From an uncultured Gammaproteobacteria bacterium (GTDB lineage Bacteria > Pseudomonadota > Gammaproteobacteria > UBA6002): 64,000 bases of DNA. A program made the position numbers and the translations under genes. How positions within the stretch are numbered: position 1 is the first letter of the stretch; each line of letters begins with the position of its first letter. Of this stretch, positions 40,129-50,130 are shown in pieces. The notes beneath the pieces were generated by a model. That model saw only the letters and a program-made list of their open reading frames with translations. It ran no database searches and was not told the DNA's origin. The stretch lies in NCBI GenBank assembly GCA_963705725.1, contig CAVPKM010000007.1:64001-128000 (forward strand). The letters are read 5' to 3'.

Positions 40129-40389
40129 ATGACAATACTTATTCAATTGGATTATATAGCCTATGTGGAAAATAAACACGGATTATATATCGGAATGACA
40201 CGCATTAACAGGCAAGACGGGAAAACTTTTATTAAAATCGATGCAGCTAGCGGATTTACAAATTGGCTGCCACCACATGCAGAAAAACCTTTAACTCAAC
40301 GCAAAAAAATTGAAATATTAGCCTTTCTTGAAAAGGCTTTAAGTCTTTTAGATTACGGGTTTGAAATTAGCAATAAACCTAGACATTAA
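40129..40389 (+). CDS. Imm74-like immunity protein (second)
   Basis: NWLPPHAEKPLTQRKKIEILAFLEKAL; follows the ARC-like remnant; 3' part repeated at ~43856-43966. Confidence 0.55.
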   Translation: MTILIQLDYIAYVENKHGLYIGMTRINRQDGKTFIKIDAASGFTNWLPPHAEKPLTQRKKIEILAFLEKALSLLDYGFEISNKPRH

Positions 40390-40580
40390 AAAAAATTGTT
40401 GAAAATTTTATTGATCTAGGAGTTGCTTATGGTATTGAATATTTTACAGCAGGTTTAGGGACATTAATCCTAATTCCTGCATTAGCTATAACAAATCATT
40501 ATATAGATCCCTTATTATAGCTAAGAGTGATGAGGTGTATGACAATTATCATTCCTTGTGGAATAAATAAAGGAAATAAA

Positions 40581-41001
40581 ATGCAAGTTAATTTTATAAT
40601 CAAAGAGAAAATAATTGATGTATCTTTATTATTTATCCTCATCACAATAATTAATCATATTTTTAATATTGCCATTATTTTTTAATTTCAAAATTATTCC
40701 TAATATTGAGAGGAAAGTGGGAAAAAAATTAAAATTTGAACTATTTTATTATAGTCTACATATTTTTAATGGCTACTTTATTCGTTATGGCGAGATATTT
40801 TTATATATCCTCACAATATATTTAAAAATTCCAAAAAAAATGAATCCCAAATATGTTTTACTAGAAGTCGCTTATTCGCGTGAATTATTTTCAACATCAG
40901 AAATATTTTGGAGTTTTATTGCACTATTTAATTTTGTATTCTTTTTTGTCTTTTTTATTATTTTTATAAATTTAATTCCTCATAAAATTTCAATTAACTG
41001 A
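40581..41001 (+). pseudogene. Membrane immunity-like paralogue 1 (1-bp insertion)
   Basis: Same start as 42349 and 44072; an extra A near 40659 shifts the frame. Confidence 0.7.
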
Positions 41002-41024
41002 GGCAGCTTCTCATCCCTAATAAA

Positions 41025-41630
41025 ATGAACAAATTAACGAGCAGAAATGATAGCAATCCTCCTTTGTATAAAGATTGGAGTACCTGGTTAGAGGCAAGCT
41101 TAGATGGTACGGCAAGGACTGCCAAACACATGTCACCCCTATATCAAATAATGCAGGAGACTTATCATGATGCAGCAATGCTTAGTATCAATCGCGCAAT
41201 TGAAATGGCAAGGATGAGCCATGAAGTTTCTCATGAGATGTCATACTGGAATGCGAGAAGAAATATGGCAGTGAGGTCTGCTAATTTTAATTTAATTCAA
41301 TCAGAACGATATGGGCGATTTTGGTCGGTTACTGATAAACTAAAGCATTTAGGTAAAGTATCCACTGCGCTTGATGTGGGGCTTAGAGCAGAAAAAATTA
41401 TTAAGGCTGCTCCCGATCAGCGCGGTCGAGTGGCTTTTGAGCAAAGTGCGACTTTTGTATTAGAAAATATTGTTGATGTGGGAGTTGCTTCTGCTGTCGA
41501 GAGTACTACAGGAGGTTTAGGAATATTAATACTAATTCCAGCGCTGGCTATAGTAAATCATGTTATTGATCAATCTCAATTGGTCAAAAAATATAGCGAT
41601 ATTACTTATAATATGTTCATTGGAAAATGA
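41025..41630 (+). CDS. Orphan toxin tip A with C-terminal hydrophobic hairpin (pore-former-like)
   Basis: LKHLGKVSTALDVG...RGRVAFEQ followed by GGLGILILIPALAIV. Confidence 0.55.
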   Translation: MNKLTSRNDSNPPLYKDWSTWLEASLDGTARTAKHMSPLYQIMQETYHDAAMLSINRAIEMARMSHEVSHEMSYWNARRNMAVRSANFNLIQSERYGRFWSVTDKLKHLGKVSTALDVGLRAEKIIKAAPDQRGRVAFEQSATFVLENIVDVGVASAVESTTGGLGILILIPALAIVNHVIDQSQLVKKYSDITYNMFIGK

Positions 41631-41641
41631 TTGGGGGTTAG

Positions 41642-42052
41642 ATGATAGATTATGATTCATTATTATCAAATGAAGTTGTATTTTATGTAATAACAGCTTC
41701 TCTTTGTATCACTATATTTGATTGTCTTTTTTTATTGCCAATGATTTTTAATTTTAAGATTATTCCAGGTATTGAGAAAAAAATAAAAAAAAAATTAAAA
41801 TTTACTTTTATTTCCTATGAAATGTTTTTTTTCCGTGATTATTTTGCTAGATATTGTGAAATATCATTATATATTCTTATGAAGTACCTGAGAATTTCAA
41901 AAAAAATGAATTCTAGATGTGCTTTAGTAAAGGCTGAATACCATCGTGAGCTATTTTCAAAATTTGAAATATTTTGGAGCTTTTTTTCGCTATTTAATTA
42001 TCTAATATTTTTTGCTTGCCTATTTATAATTACACATGGCTTTTCAGGATAA
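41642..42052 (+). CDS. Membrane immunity-like paralogue 2
   Basis: IIPGIEKK...RYCEI...RELFS-x-x-EIFWSF family motif; three hydrophobic segments. Confidence 0.7.
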   Translation: MIDYDSLLSNEVVFYVITASLCITIFDCLFLLPMIFNFKIIPGIEKKIKKKLKFTFISYEMFFFRDYFARYCEISLYILMKYLRISKKMNSRCALVKAEYHRELFSKFEIFWSFFSLFNYLIFFACLFIITHGFSG

Positions 42053-42080
42053 TATATGGCCAGTGGCTTTTGATGCTAGG

Positions 42081-42135
42081 GGTGAGTAGACCAGTGCATT
42101 TCAGCCCTAGCTCCTCGCAGGACAGTGCATGAACC
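42081..42135 (-). mobile_element. Possible group II intron 3'-end remnant (part of DV plus DVI)
   Basis: Reverse complement GGTTCATGCACTGTCCTGCGAGGAGCTAGGGCTGAAATGCACTGGTCTACTCACC resembles intron 3' ends; GC-rich patch in AT-rich DNA. Confidence 0.35.
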
Positions 42136-42348
42136 AATCTAGAGATACCTGGCAAATCCGAACTGATGACAGGCTTTAATCTTTAATATTGAATATTGAA
42201 TATTGAATATTTTACAGCAGGTTTAGGGATATTAAGGCTGATTCCTGCGTTAGCTGTAACAAATCATTATATAGAGCCCTATGCTCTAGCCAGCGGTGAT
42301 TACATATATGACAATTATCATTCCTTGTGGAATAAATAAGGAAATAAA

Positions 42349-42762
42349 ATGCAAGTTAATTTTATGATCAAAGAGAAAATAATGGATGTATCTTTATTAT
42401 TTATCCTCATCACAATAATTAATTTTTTAATATTGCCATTAGTTTTTAATTTCAAAATTATTCCTAATATTGAGAGGAAAGTGGGAAAAAAATTAAAATT
42501 CGAACTATTTTATTATAGTCTACATATTTTTAATGGCTACTTTGTTCGTTATGGCGAGATATTTTTATATATCCTCACAATATATTTAAAAATTCCAAAA
42601 AAAATGAATCCCAAATATGCTTTAGTAAAAGTTGCTTATTCGCGTGAAGTATTTTCAACATCAGAAATATTTTGGAGTTTTTTTGCACTATTTAATTTTG
42701 TATTCTTTTACATTTTTTTTATTATTGTTATGAATTTAACTCCTCATAAAAAACTCAATTGA
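42349..42762 (+). CDS. Membrane immunity-like paralogue 3
   Basis: Same family motifs; AAGGA RBS. Confidence 0.75.
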   Translation: MQVNFMIKEKIMDVSLLFILITIINFLILPLVFNFKIIPNIERKVGKKLKFELFYYSLHIFNGYFVRYGEIFLYILTIYLKIPKKMNPKYALVKVAYSREVFSTSEIFWSFFALFNFVFFYIFFIIVMNLTPHKKLN

Positions 42763-42780
42763 CGCATCACCCCTAATAAA

Positions 42781-43324
42781 ATGAACAAATTAACGAGCAG
42801 AAATGATAGCAATCCTCCTTTGTATAAAGATTGGAGTAACCTAGTTAGAGGCAAGCTTAGGATGCAGCAATCTTAGTATCAATCGTGCAACTGAAATGGC
42901 AAGGATGAGCCATGAAGTTTCTCATGAGATGTCATACTGGAATGCGAGAAGAAATATGGCAGTGAGGTCTGCTAATTTTAATTTAATTCAATCAGAACGA
43001 TATGGGCGGTTTTGGTCGGTTACTGATAAACTAAAGCATTTAGGTAAGGTATCCACTGCGCTTGACGTGGGGCTTAGAACAGAAGCAATTATTAAGGCTA
43101 CTCCCGATCAGCGTGGTCGAGTGGCTTTTGAGCAAACTATAGCTTTTGTGTTTGAAAATATTATTGATAGAGGAGTTACTTATGGTATTGAATATTTTAC
43201 AGGAGGTTTAGGGACATTAATCTTAATTCCTGCGTTAGCTATAACAAATCATTATATAGAGCCCTATATTATAGCCAAGAGTGATGTTGTGTATGATGAT
43301 TTTTTACATAAAATGAGGAAATAG
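42781..43324 (+). pseudogene. Orphan tip B (65-bp internal deletion relative to tip A, different C-terminus)
   Basis: Same start as 41025; lacks the equivalent of 41104-41168. Confidence 0.65.
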
Positions 43325-43325
43325 A

Positions 43326-43748
43326 ATGCAAATTTGTTCTCTGTTAGTAGTAAAAGAAATGATGTTTAATATATATTTATTATTTTGTCCTATTGTTGCA
43401 ATTAATATACTCTTTATAATTCCATTAATTTTTAATTTAAAAGTTATTCCTGGTATAGAGAGAAAAGTGGGAAAAAAATTAAAGTTTGAACTATTTTCTT
43501 ATAGTCTACATTTTTTTAATAGCTACTTTGTTCGTTATGGCGAAATATTTTTATATATTCTCACAATATATTTAAAAATTCCACAAAAAATGAATCCCAA
43601 ATATGCTTTAGTACAAGTTGCTTATCCGCGTGAACTATTTTCAACATCAGAAATATTTTGGAGTTTTTTTGCACTATTTAATTTTGTAATATTCTTTATT
43701 TTTTTCATTATTTTTATGAATTTAACTCCTCATAAAAATCTCAATTAA
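43326..43748 (+). CDS. Membrane immunity-like paralogue 4
   Basis: Same family motifs; adjacent to the tip B stop. Confidence 0.75.
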   Translation: MQICSLLVVKEMMFNIYLLFCPIVAINILFIIPLIFNLKVIPGIERKVGKKLKFELFSYSLHFFNSYFVRYGEIFLYILTIYLKIPQKMNPKYALVQVAYPRELFSTSEIFWSFFALFNFVIFFIFFIIFMNLTPHKNLN

Positions 43749-44071
43749 CTGATATCAATACAGCAAATTTCTATTCAGGTAATAATGGTCTAAATCAAAT
43801 ACAAGCAATTAATTATGTGCGGCAAAATCGTGGTAATGTTATAGATTTTACTCCATGCAGAAGAATCTTTAACTCAAAGCAAAAAAATCGAAATATTAGC
43901 CTTTTTTGAAAAGGCTTTAAGTCTTTTAGATTACGGGTTTGAAATTAGCAATAAACCTAAACATTAAAAATATTAGCTATAACAAATTATTATATGGAGC
44001 CCTATGCTATAGCCAGCGGTAATTACATATATGACAATTATCATTCCGTGTGGAATAAATAAGGAAATGAA

Positions 44072-44488
44072 ATGCAAGTTTATTTTATGATCAAAGAGAA
44101 AATAATGGATGTATCTTTATTATTTATCTTGATCACAATAATTAATCATTTTTTAATATTGCCATTAGTTTTTAATTTCAAAATTATTCCTAATATTGAG
44201 AGGAAAGTGGGAAAAAAATTAAAATTTGAACTATTTTCTTATACTATAGATTTTTTTAATGGCTACTTTGTTCGTTATGGCGAGATATTTTTATATATCC
44301 TCACAATATATTTAAAAATTCCAAAAAAAATGAATCCCAAATATGCTTTAGTAAAAGTTGCTTATTCGCGTGAAGTATTTTCAACATCAGAAATATTTTG
44401 GAGTTTTTTTGCACTATTTAATTTTGTATTCTTTTACATTTTTTTTATTATTGTTATGAATTTAACTCCTCATAAAAAACTCAATTAA
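44072..44488 (+). CDS. Membrane immunity-like paralogue 5
   Basis: Nearly identical to 42349-42762. Confidence 0.75.
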   Translation: MQVYFMIKEKIMDVSLLFILITIINHFLILPLVFNFKIIPNIERKVGKKLKFELFSYTIDFFNGYFVRYGEIFLYILTIYLKIPKKMNPKYALVKVAYSREVFSTSEIFWSFFALFNFVFFYIFFIIVMNLTPHKKLN

Positions 44489-44510
44489 CTGAGGCATCAC
44501 CCCTAATAAA

Positions 44511-45054
44511 ATGAACAAATTAACGAGCAGAAATGATAGCAATCCTCCTTTGTATAAAGATTGGAGTACCTGGTTAGAGGCAAGCTTAGGATGCAGCAAT
44601 GCTTAGTATCAATCGCGCAACTGAAATGGCAAGGATGAGCCATGAAGTTTCTCATAAAATGTCTTACTGGAATGCGAGAAGAAATATGGCAGTGAGGTCT
44701 GTTAATTTTAATTTAATTCAATCAGAACGATATGGGCGGTTTTGGTCGGTTACTGATAAACTAAAGCATTTAGGTAAAGTATTCACTGCGCTTGATGTGG
44801 GGCTTAGAGCAGAAAAAATTATTAAGGCTGCTCCCGATCAGCGCGGTCGAGTGGCTTTTGAGCAAACTGTGGCTTTTTGGGGGGAAAGAATTGCAGATTC
44901 GTTTATCTCTCCTGCAGTAGCCGAAGCTGCAGGTGGTTTAGGGATATTAGCTTTAGTTTCTATATTGGCGACAACTAATTATTATCTAGACAAAGACCTT
45001 AAGCCTATAAGTGATTTTCTTTATGATAAATATAACTCTTTCCAGAAGAAATAA
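44511..45054 (+). pseudogene. Orphan tip C (same deletion as tip B, third C-terminus)
   Basis: Shared N-terminal part, diverges after RVAFEQ. Confidence 0.65.
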
Positions 45055-45062
45055 GGAACAAA

Positions 45063-45473
45063 ATGCATACCTTCTCACTACAGCTAACGAAAAATGTAAT
45101 AATGAATATCTCTGCATTTTCTCTTTTAATTACAATGATAAATCTTCTTCCAGTATTACCATTCATCTTTAACCATGTCATTATACCAAAAATTGAAAAA
45201 AAAATTGGCAAAAGACTCCAATTCGATCCAATATACGATTCTTTATTTTTATGGGGTAATTATTTTGTAAGATATTTAGTGGTTTCAATGTATATAATGA
45301 TAAAGATTTCTAATTTTTCTTTTTTGAAATTAAAAAGAAATGCATTAGAAAAGGCAAATTATCGACGTGAGCTTATTACAAATTGGGAAATTTTTTGGAG
45401 TTTAATTACATTATTAAATGCAATAGTATTTTGGGTTTCTCTTCTTTTGCTAATGAAGTTAGTTCCTAGATAG
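45063..45473 (+). CDS. Membrane immunity-like paralogue 6 (divergent)
   Basis: IIPKIEKKIG...YFVRY...YRRELITNWEIFWSL. Confidence 0.75.
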   Translation: MHTFSLQLTKNVIMNISAFSLLITMINLLPVLPFIFNHVIIPKIEKKIGKRLQFDPIYDSLFLWGNYFVRYLVVSMYIMIKISNFSFLKLKRNALEKANYRRELITNWEIFWSLITLLNAIVFWVSLLLLMKLVPR

Positions 45474-45649
45474 TTAAGGCTGTTGACAAGTATGCCTCAC
45501 ACGTTGGAGTGACCAATCCCAATGACGATACATAAGCCTTCCATTTACCATCAACTTGGCCGAGCGGCCTGCTACTATCAAGTGAATGGCTTGTTAACGC
45601 GTTATACCGAAGCAGATGCACGAGGTATTTACTATGATCACCACTAGGT

Positions 45650-46093
45650 AGCAATGATTGACAATTACTCTATGGCCCAATATGCATGGGAAATCCAAAC
45701 AGAGGGTGGTGCAACCCAATATTTTAATTTTTCCATTGATGCATGGAGGATTAAACAGTGAATCGAATTGATCTTTTAGGGATACTCTCGTTTGTTGCAA
45801 GGCTGCATTGGCAAAAAATCCAAGCGTTTTTCCATTGCAATTAGTAATAAATCAAATAGAATTTCTCTTGGAGTTGGAGGCTGTTCTAACGATATATCAA
45901 AATTGTGTACAATTAAAATTGGTTGGATTGCTGCTAGAGAATTAGATGGTTTTTCTGATGAAACGCTTATAAATAAGCTTCATTTAATTTCCGCTGAGGT
46001 TGAAAAAATGAGAAAAGAGAAGTTTTAATGGTTAAAAAAACAAAGAGTATAAAAGACATCCAGATATTGCTAGGAAAACCTAAAAATTATCCT
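45650..46093 (+). pseudogene. Degraded duplicate of the Ntox46 3' end plus Tsi6-like gene
   Basis: Matches ~39359-39808 with frameshifts. Confidence 0.85.
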
Positions 46094-46393
46094 ATCAGGG
46101 CGTAGCGGTAGCACACACTAAACGGTAATTAAACAAACAGCTTAAATTGTGTCAAACAGATAGCAGTTTAGTATCGTTTGACGAAAAACAATTGAGCTGG
46201 TTATCAGCAGGACTGGATTGGGTTTTGGTGTCTACGTGGGAAGAGTTAGAGTACGATAATTATTTTTAAAGTTAAGAAATTTTTCAGAATCTGTTAAAAT
46301 TGATTGCCATGACAAGCCAATGGTATTAAATAGTTTTGGATTGCTAAGAGACACTATGTTTAACCCTACTTACTTAATTGTTGAAACAATAAA

Positions 46394-46957
46394 ATGAAAA
46401 GATTTATAGAATTTTTTTCAGTCATCTATTTTTTAATTTATATTTTCACAGAGTCAACTCCATACATTGGCCCAGATTATTATAACCTTCTAATTTGGAA
46501 AATTTGTTTTCCAATGACAGCTATTATTTTCATTTTGATGACAATAATATATAGAGTAAACGTACTTGCTTATTGTCGAAAAAAATTCGAAGAAAGAAAA
46601 ACATCGAAACCCATGCGCTTTGTTATTATCTATGTGGGGTTTCCTTTATTAGGATCGCTTTGTTTAGTGCATTTCTTCAGCATGGTTCCGGTGCTTCTAA
46701 CAAAAGAATTCGCTCAAGAGCCTCTGCTTGAAAGGAGAATTATTTCGAAGCTAGAATTTACTCAGGGAAAAAAACCCTCTAGAAGGAGGACGGTAATAAC
46801 TTTTACTAAAAATCTTGCTATCGGTCAAAATAATATTAGCTTCATCGGAGACTTACGTGAAAAAAACCCCAATATTTGTTTGCAAAAAGGGACAGAAATT
46901 ATTTTATATGGAAAGAAATGTTTTTTTGGAAGCTATATAGAAGGCTTTAATTGGTGA
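46394..46957 (+). CDS. Membrane protein, possibly orphan immunity
   Basis: Three hydrophobic segments then a soluble basic domain; last gene of the toxin array. Confidence 0.6.
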   Translation: MKRFIEFFSVIYFLIYIFTESTPYIGPDYYNLLIWKICFPMTAIIFILMTIIYRVNVLAYCRKKFEERKTSKPMRFVIIYVGFPLLGSLCLVHFFSMVPVLLTKEFAQEPLLERRIISKLEFTQGKKPSRRRTVITFTKNLAIGQNNISFIGDLREKNPNICLQKGTEIILYGKKCFFGSYIEGFNW

Positions 46958-47273
46958 TCGTGATGCACCATCATCCAGTTGAAATAAACACACCACTCAT
47001 CGATCAGTATATTTTAAAAAATAAAGCAGAATCTGGAGAATCATCGAAGGATCGAATGTGAAATTAATTATTTGTGGGCATGTGCATGGTGATTACCAAG
47101 TTAAATATAAAAATGTGATGATCGAAACCGCTCCCGCTACTTGCTTACAATGGCTTCGTGGAACAAAAATACTGAAAATTGATCAAAAAATAGGTTACAA
47201 AATCTATCATTTCGATGACGAATACTATGAGGCGACAACAAAACTTTGGGAAATTAATCAATATGCAAAATAA
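46954..47273 (+). pseudogene. C-terminal remnant of a CpdA/Icc-like metallophosphoesterase
   Basis: VMHHHP motif then, after a frameshift, IICGHVHG...APATCLQW. Confidence 0.7.
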
Positions 47274-47470
47274 GGAAAAGCTTTCAGTACAATTCTGCGT
47301 GAATGCACAAAACTGATTTAACGGATAACGGAGTACTGGAAAATATAAATCATATAATTTTCTCAAATGATTCGTTCATTTTTTTCTTAACGCTTCTCTT
47401 ATATCAGAATCCGCTTTTTCTGGTGATCCAGAATCAAAAGGAGGTTCAGGGTTAGACTCTTATATCATTA

Positions 47471-49636
47471 TCATAAATCGAATAAATCTGGCCTTTTTTC
47501 TTCATCTGAAGAAAAATTCGCCGTTGCTTTTTGCTCATTTCTATTCATAAACTGAGTCAGCGACCTGCCTAAATTTGCTGCGATGCTTGGTCCAGTTTCA
47601 ACAAGAGCAGCGTTAAGTCCATGAGCCGCATAGGCGGACTCCACCGCCTGTCGACATTTTCCAAAATGTGGGAAGTTCAGCATATCGGGATGTTGCATTA
47701 GTGCTTGATAAAAATCTTGTCGGTCTATTAATTGTTCAGATGATGAAGTCGCCTTGAGCTCAGCTAGTTCTCGACAGAATAACTCACAAAATAAAGTAGA
47801 ATTTCTTTTCCAAGCCAGGTCTAGCATGTCATTAAGGTTTCTCAATAAAGAAGCGATGGAATAATCAATTGCAATATCCTGCTGAATAGAGAGTTGATCT
47901 AAGGTGGAGGGGATATGGGGCTGATCCCAGTGCGTTTTTAAAGTGTAAAATACCATTAAGTAAAACCCGAGCTTCCCTGCTTCAAGTTGTTCTGCAGATA
48001 AAGTAAGGGCATGATGAAAAAGTATGCCGATGGCTTCTTTTTTATGCGCCTCACCTAAATGAAGGGCAATCGTGACTACTAGGTCTGGGTTGTTGATAGA
48101 GGCTAAAATGGGTTGATTCAGAATTAATTGATAGAGATAGCTTCCTGGCGCTCCCATCACTTCATTTAACACCCCTAAATCATATGCTTCGGCTAAAATA
48201 GCCGCACGTTCGGATGCATCGTGAATAGTTCGCATTGCTTTTTTGAATTTAAATGCCACCATAAACTGAACATCCTTAAGCTCCTCTTGATGTTTAAGGA
48301 CAAGCTCTAATAATTGATCAAATTGCTTAGAATCATCCAGTTGTTCTAATAGCGCGATCACGCGAGAAGGGTCTTCTTTAATGACTTTTATTACGTAATC
48401 TTCTGCTGGAGCGATTCCAGCTAACCAATCGTGAACATAAGTCGCTGCTTGTTCTCGATTATAAATTACTCGTTCAGGATCTTCTTCAAGTCCTAAATAA
48501 TGCAAGGCCCGTTCTTGCTGCTCCTTTATTGAAACGGTCAGTCTCATTTCATTGCATTCTTGCCAGATAGTCATATAAGTTTGGTAATTTGTTTGATTAA
48601 TCGAAGCTTGCATCACTCTTTCACGGGAATTAGCACAGTATTTAATACGCTTATATAAGGCCTGGTTCTCAGGGTCAAAATCAACGCTTCGAAAAGAGGG
48701 GTCTTCTTTATTCATTAAAATATCTTTAAGACCTTCACGCACGAATGATTCTGCTGCATAGATATCATGATAGAGAAAATCTATTACATAATAGGTAATG
48801 CAGTCTGGGTGTGGCGTATAAGTCATGCCCCCTTCCTCTTTCGAAAGTAAGTAGTACATCGATAGTTGTGATTGCGGCTCACTATAGTCTTCCTTATTCT
48901 GCTTCTTTTCCATAAGAACTAAACGAAGATTTTCTATTGTTTGAGCGCTATTTTCATTTGGGTTGGTGACCTTGGGGGATCTATTCCTGTTATAAAAGAA
49001 ATTGGCAGGTTTATCTGAAATGGGTTTAACAAATGTAGGATCTTTCGACTGCAAGTAATCACAAATATCCTTTAACGTACCCCTCTCTAGACTAGGCGCC
49101 CTTATGCTATAGGGTTCATGTTTCCAAAAGCGGTCACCGAGTGGAGTGTTCCCATCCAAACAGTCCTTTAAAAATTTAATTGTTGTATCAAGACCTGAAT
49201 AATATTCTAGTTTTTTAATCCAATTAAAAAGAGTTTCTTTAGGTATTTCGTCTAATTCTCCATGTTGTATATTCGGCAATGAAAGCCCTAAAATATAAAG
49301 GCTTCTCATCGTGTCTTTATTATTTTGATTAATGGCATCCAAAATGGCTTCTTTGTGCTTTCCAAGACAACAGTATGATTGACTACGGGAATTATAATCT
49401 ATTTCGCAACCAAGCCTTTCCGCTTCGAGGTAATCCTGAACAGCGTTAGCATGTTTCCCTATATAGGCGTATGCATGGGCACGATTATTAAACGCCATTT
49501 TACAATTTTGATCTAAGTTTATTGCCTCACTAAATGCAGTGATCGCCAGTGAATATTTTTTAAGCATGAAATAGCTTCTACCCATTATAAGTTGCTTATA
49601 GACTGTATTGTGCTGTTCTGCTCTACTTGTAGACAT
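47471..49636 (-). CDS. TPR-containing effector-like protein
   Basis: N-terminal TPRs (AITAFSEAINLD...AFNNRAHAY); long helical body; acidic C-terminus SSDEEKRPDLFDL. Confidence 0.7.
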   Translation of the reverse strand: MSTSRAEQHNTVYKQLIMGRSYFMLKKYSLAITAFSEAINLDQNCKMAFNNRAHAYAYIGKHANAVQDYLEAERLGCEIDYNSRSQSYCCLGKHKEAILDAINQNNKDTMRSLYILGLSLPNIQHGELDEIPKETLFNWIKKLEYYSGLDTTIKFLKDCLDGNTPLGDRFWKHEPYSIRAPSLERGTLKDICDYLQSKDPTFVKPISDKPANFFYNRNRSPKVTNPNENSAQTIENLRLVLMEKKQNKEDYSEPQSQLSMYYLLSKEEGGMTYTPHPDCITYYVIDFLYHDIYAAESFVREGLKDILMNKEDPSFRSVDFDPENQALYKRIKYCANSRERVMQASINQTNYQTYMTIWQECNEMRLTVSIKEQQERALHYLGLEEDPERVIYNREQAATYVHDWLAGIAPAEDYVIKVIKEDPSRVIALLEQLDDSKQFDQLLELVLKHQEELKDVQFMVAFKFKKAMRTIHDASERAAILAEAYDLGVLNEVMGAPGSYLYQLILNQPILASINNPDLVVTIALHLGEAHKKEAIGILFHHALTLSAEQLEAGKLGFYLMVFYTLKTHWDQPHIPSTLDQLSIQQDIAIDYSIASLLRNLNDMLDLAWKRNSTLFCELFCRELAELKATSSSEQLIDRQDFYQALMQHPDMLNFPHFGKCRQAVESAYAAHGLNAALVETGPSIAANLGRSLTQFMNRNEQKATANFSSDEEKRPDLFDL

Positions 49637-49991
49637 TTATTTCTCCAAAAATAACTTAATGAAAACCTAATGAAAATATTATATTAAATTAATTAAAATT
49701 GTATTAAGAAGAAAACATTACTCGAAAAATGAATTGAATCAGATTAAAGGTAACCCTAGCCTCCCGAAAAAGAGGCTAAAAAGCATTCGTTGAATCATAT
49801 TGTAGGAACCCTACGATAGGAGCTAACGGGATGGAAAAGTCAAGTAAGAAATGCTTTTTACACCAGTTCCCGCTGTAATAAACTAAGCTTTACATTAAAT
49901 TACCCTGGAATTTTAAGCGAAAAGCGGGCTATGGGCAGGATTTATACCCAGAGTATATTTAAAAAATAAAGCAGGATTTTGAAAAGTCATC

Positions 49992-50004
49992 GTAAGTGCT
50001 TGAT
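49992..50004 (-). repeat. 13-bp motif ATCAAGCACTTAC, 4 nt after the tRNA-Phe CCA
   Basis: Plus strand reads GTAAGTGCTTGAT; partner at 1524-1536. Confidence 0.85.
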
Positions 50005-50008
50005 CCTA

Positions 50009-50084
<76 letters not shown>

Positions 50085-50094
50085 AGGGAATGTA

Positions 50095-50123
50095 ATTAAA
50101 GCGATTGTTCAGCCTGGAGTCAA
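50095..50123 (-). promoter_or_regulatory. Sigma70-like promoter of tRNA-Phe
   Basis: TTGACT-17 bp-TTTAAT. Confidence 0.6.
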
Positions 50124-50130
50124 GAGAATT

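Larger units (their letters stand above)
1520..50008. mobile_element. Accessory region / composite genomic island between convergent tRNA-Asn and tRNA-Phe
   Basis: Core genes on both sides; inside are IS256 copies, pseudogenes, effector-like genes and a toxin locus. No intact integrase or direct att repeat found, so current mobility is unsupported. Confidence 0.65.

Noticed and set aside
40400-45473. Diversity-generating retroelement behind the variable tips
   Set aside because: No reverse transcriptase in the window; variation is block replacement, not adenine-specific.
1520-50008. Prophage or ICE
   Set aside because: No integrase, structural, relaxase or conjugation genes, and no direct repeat of either tRNA 3' end was seen.
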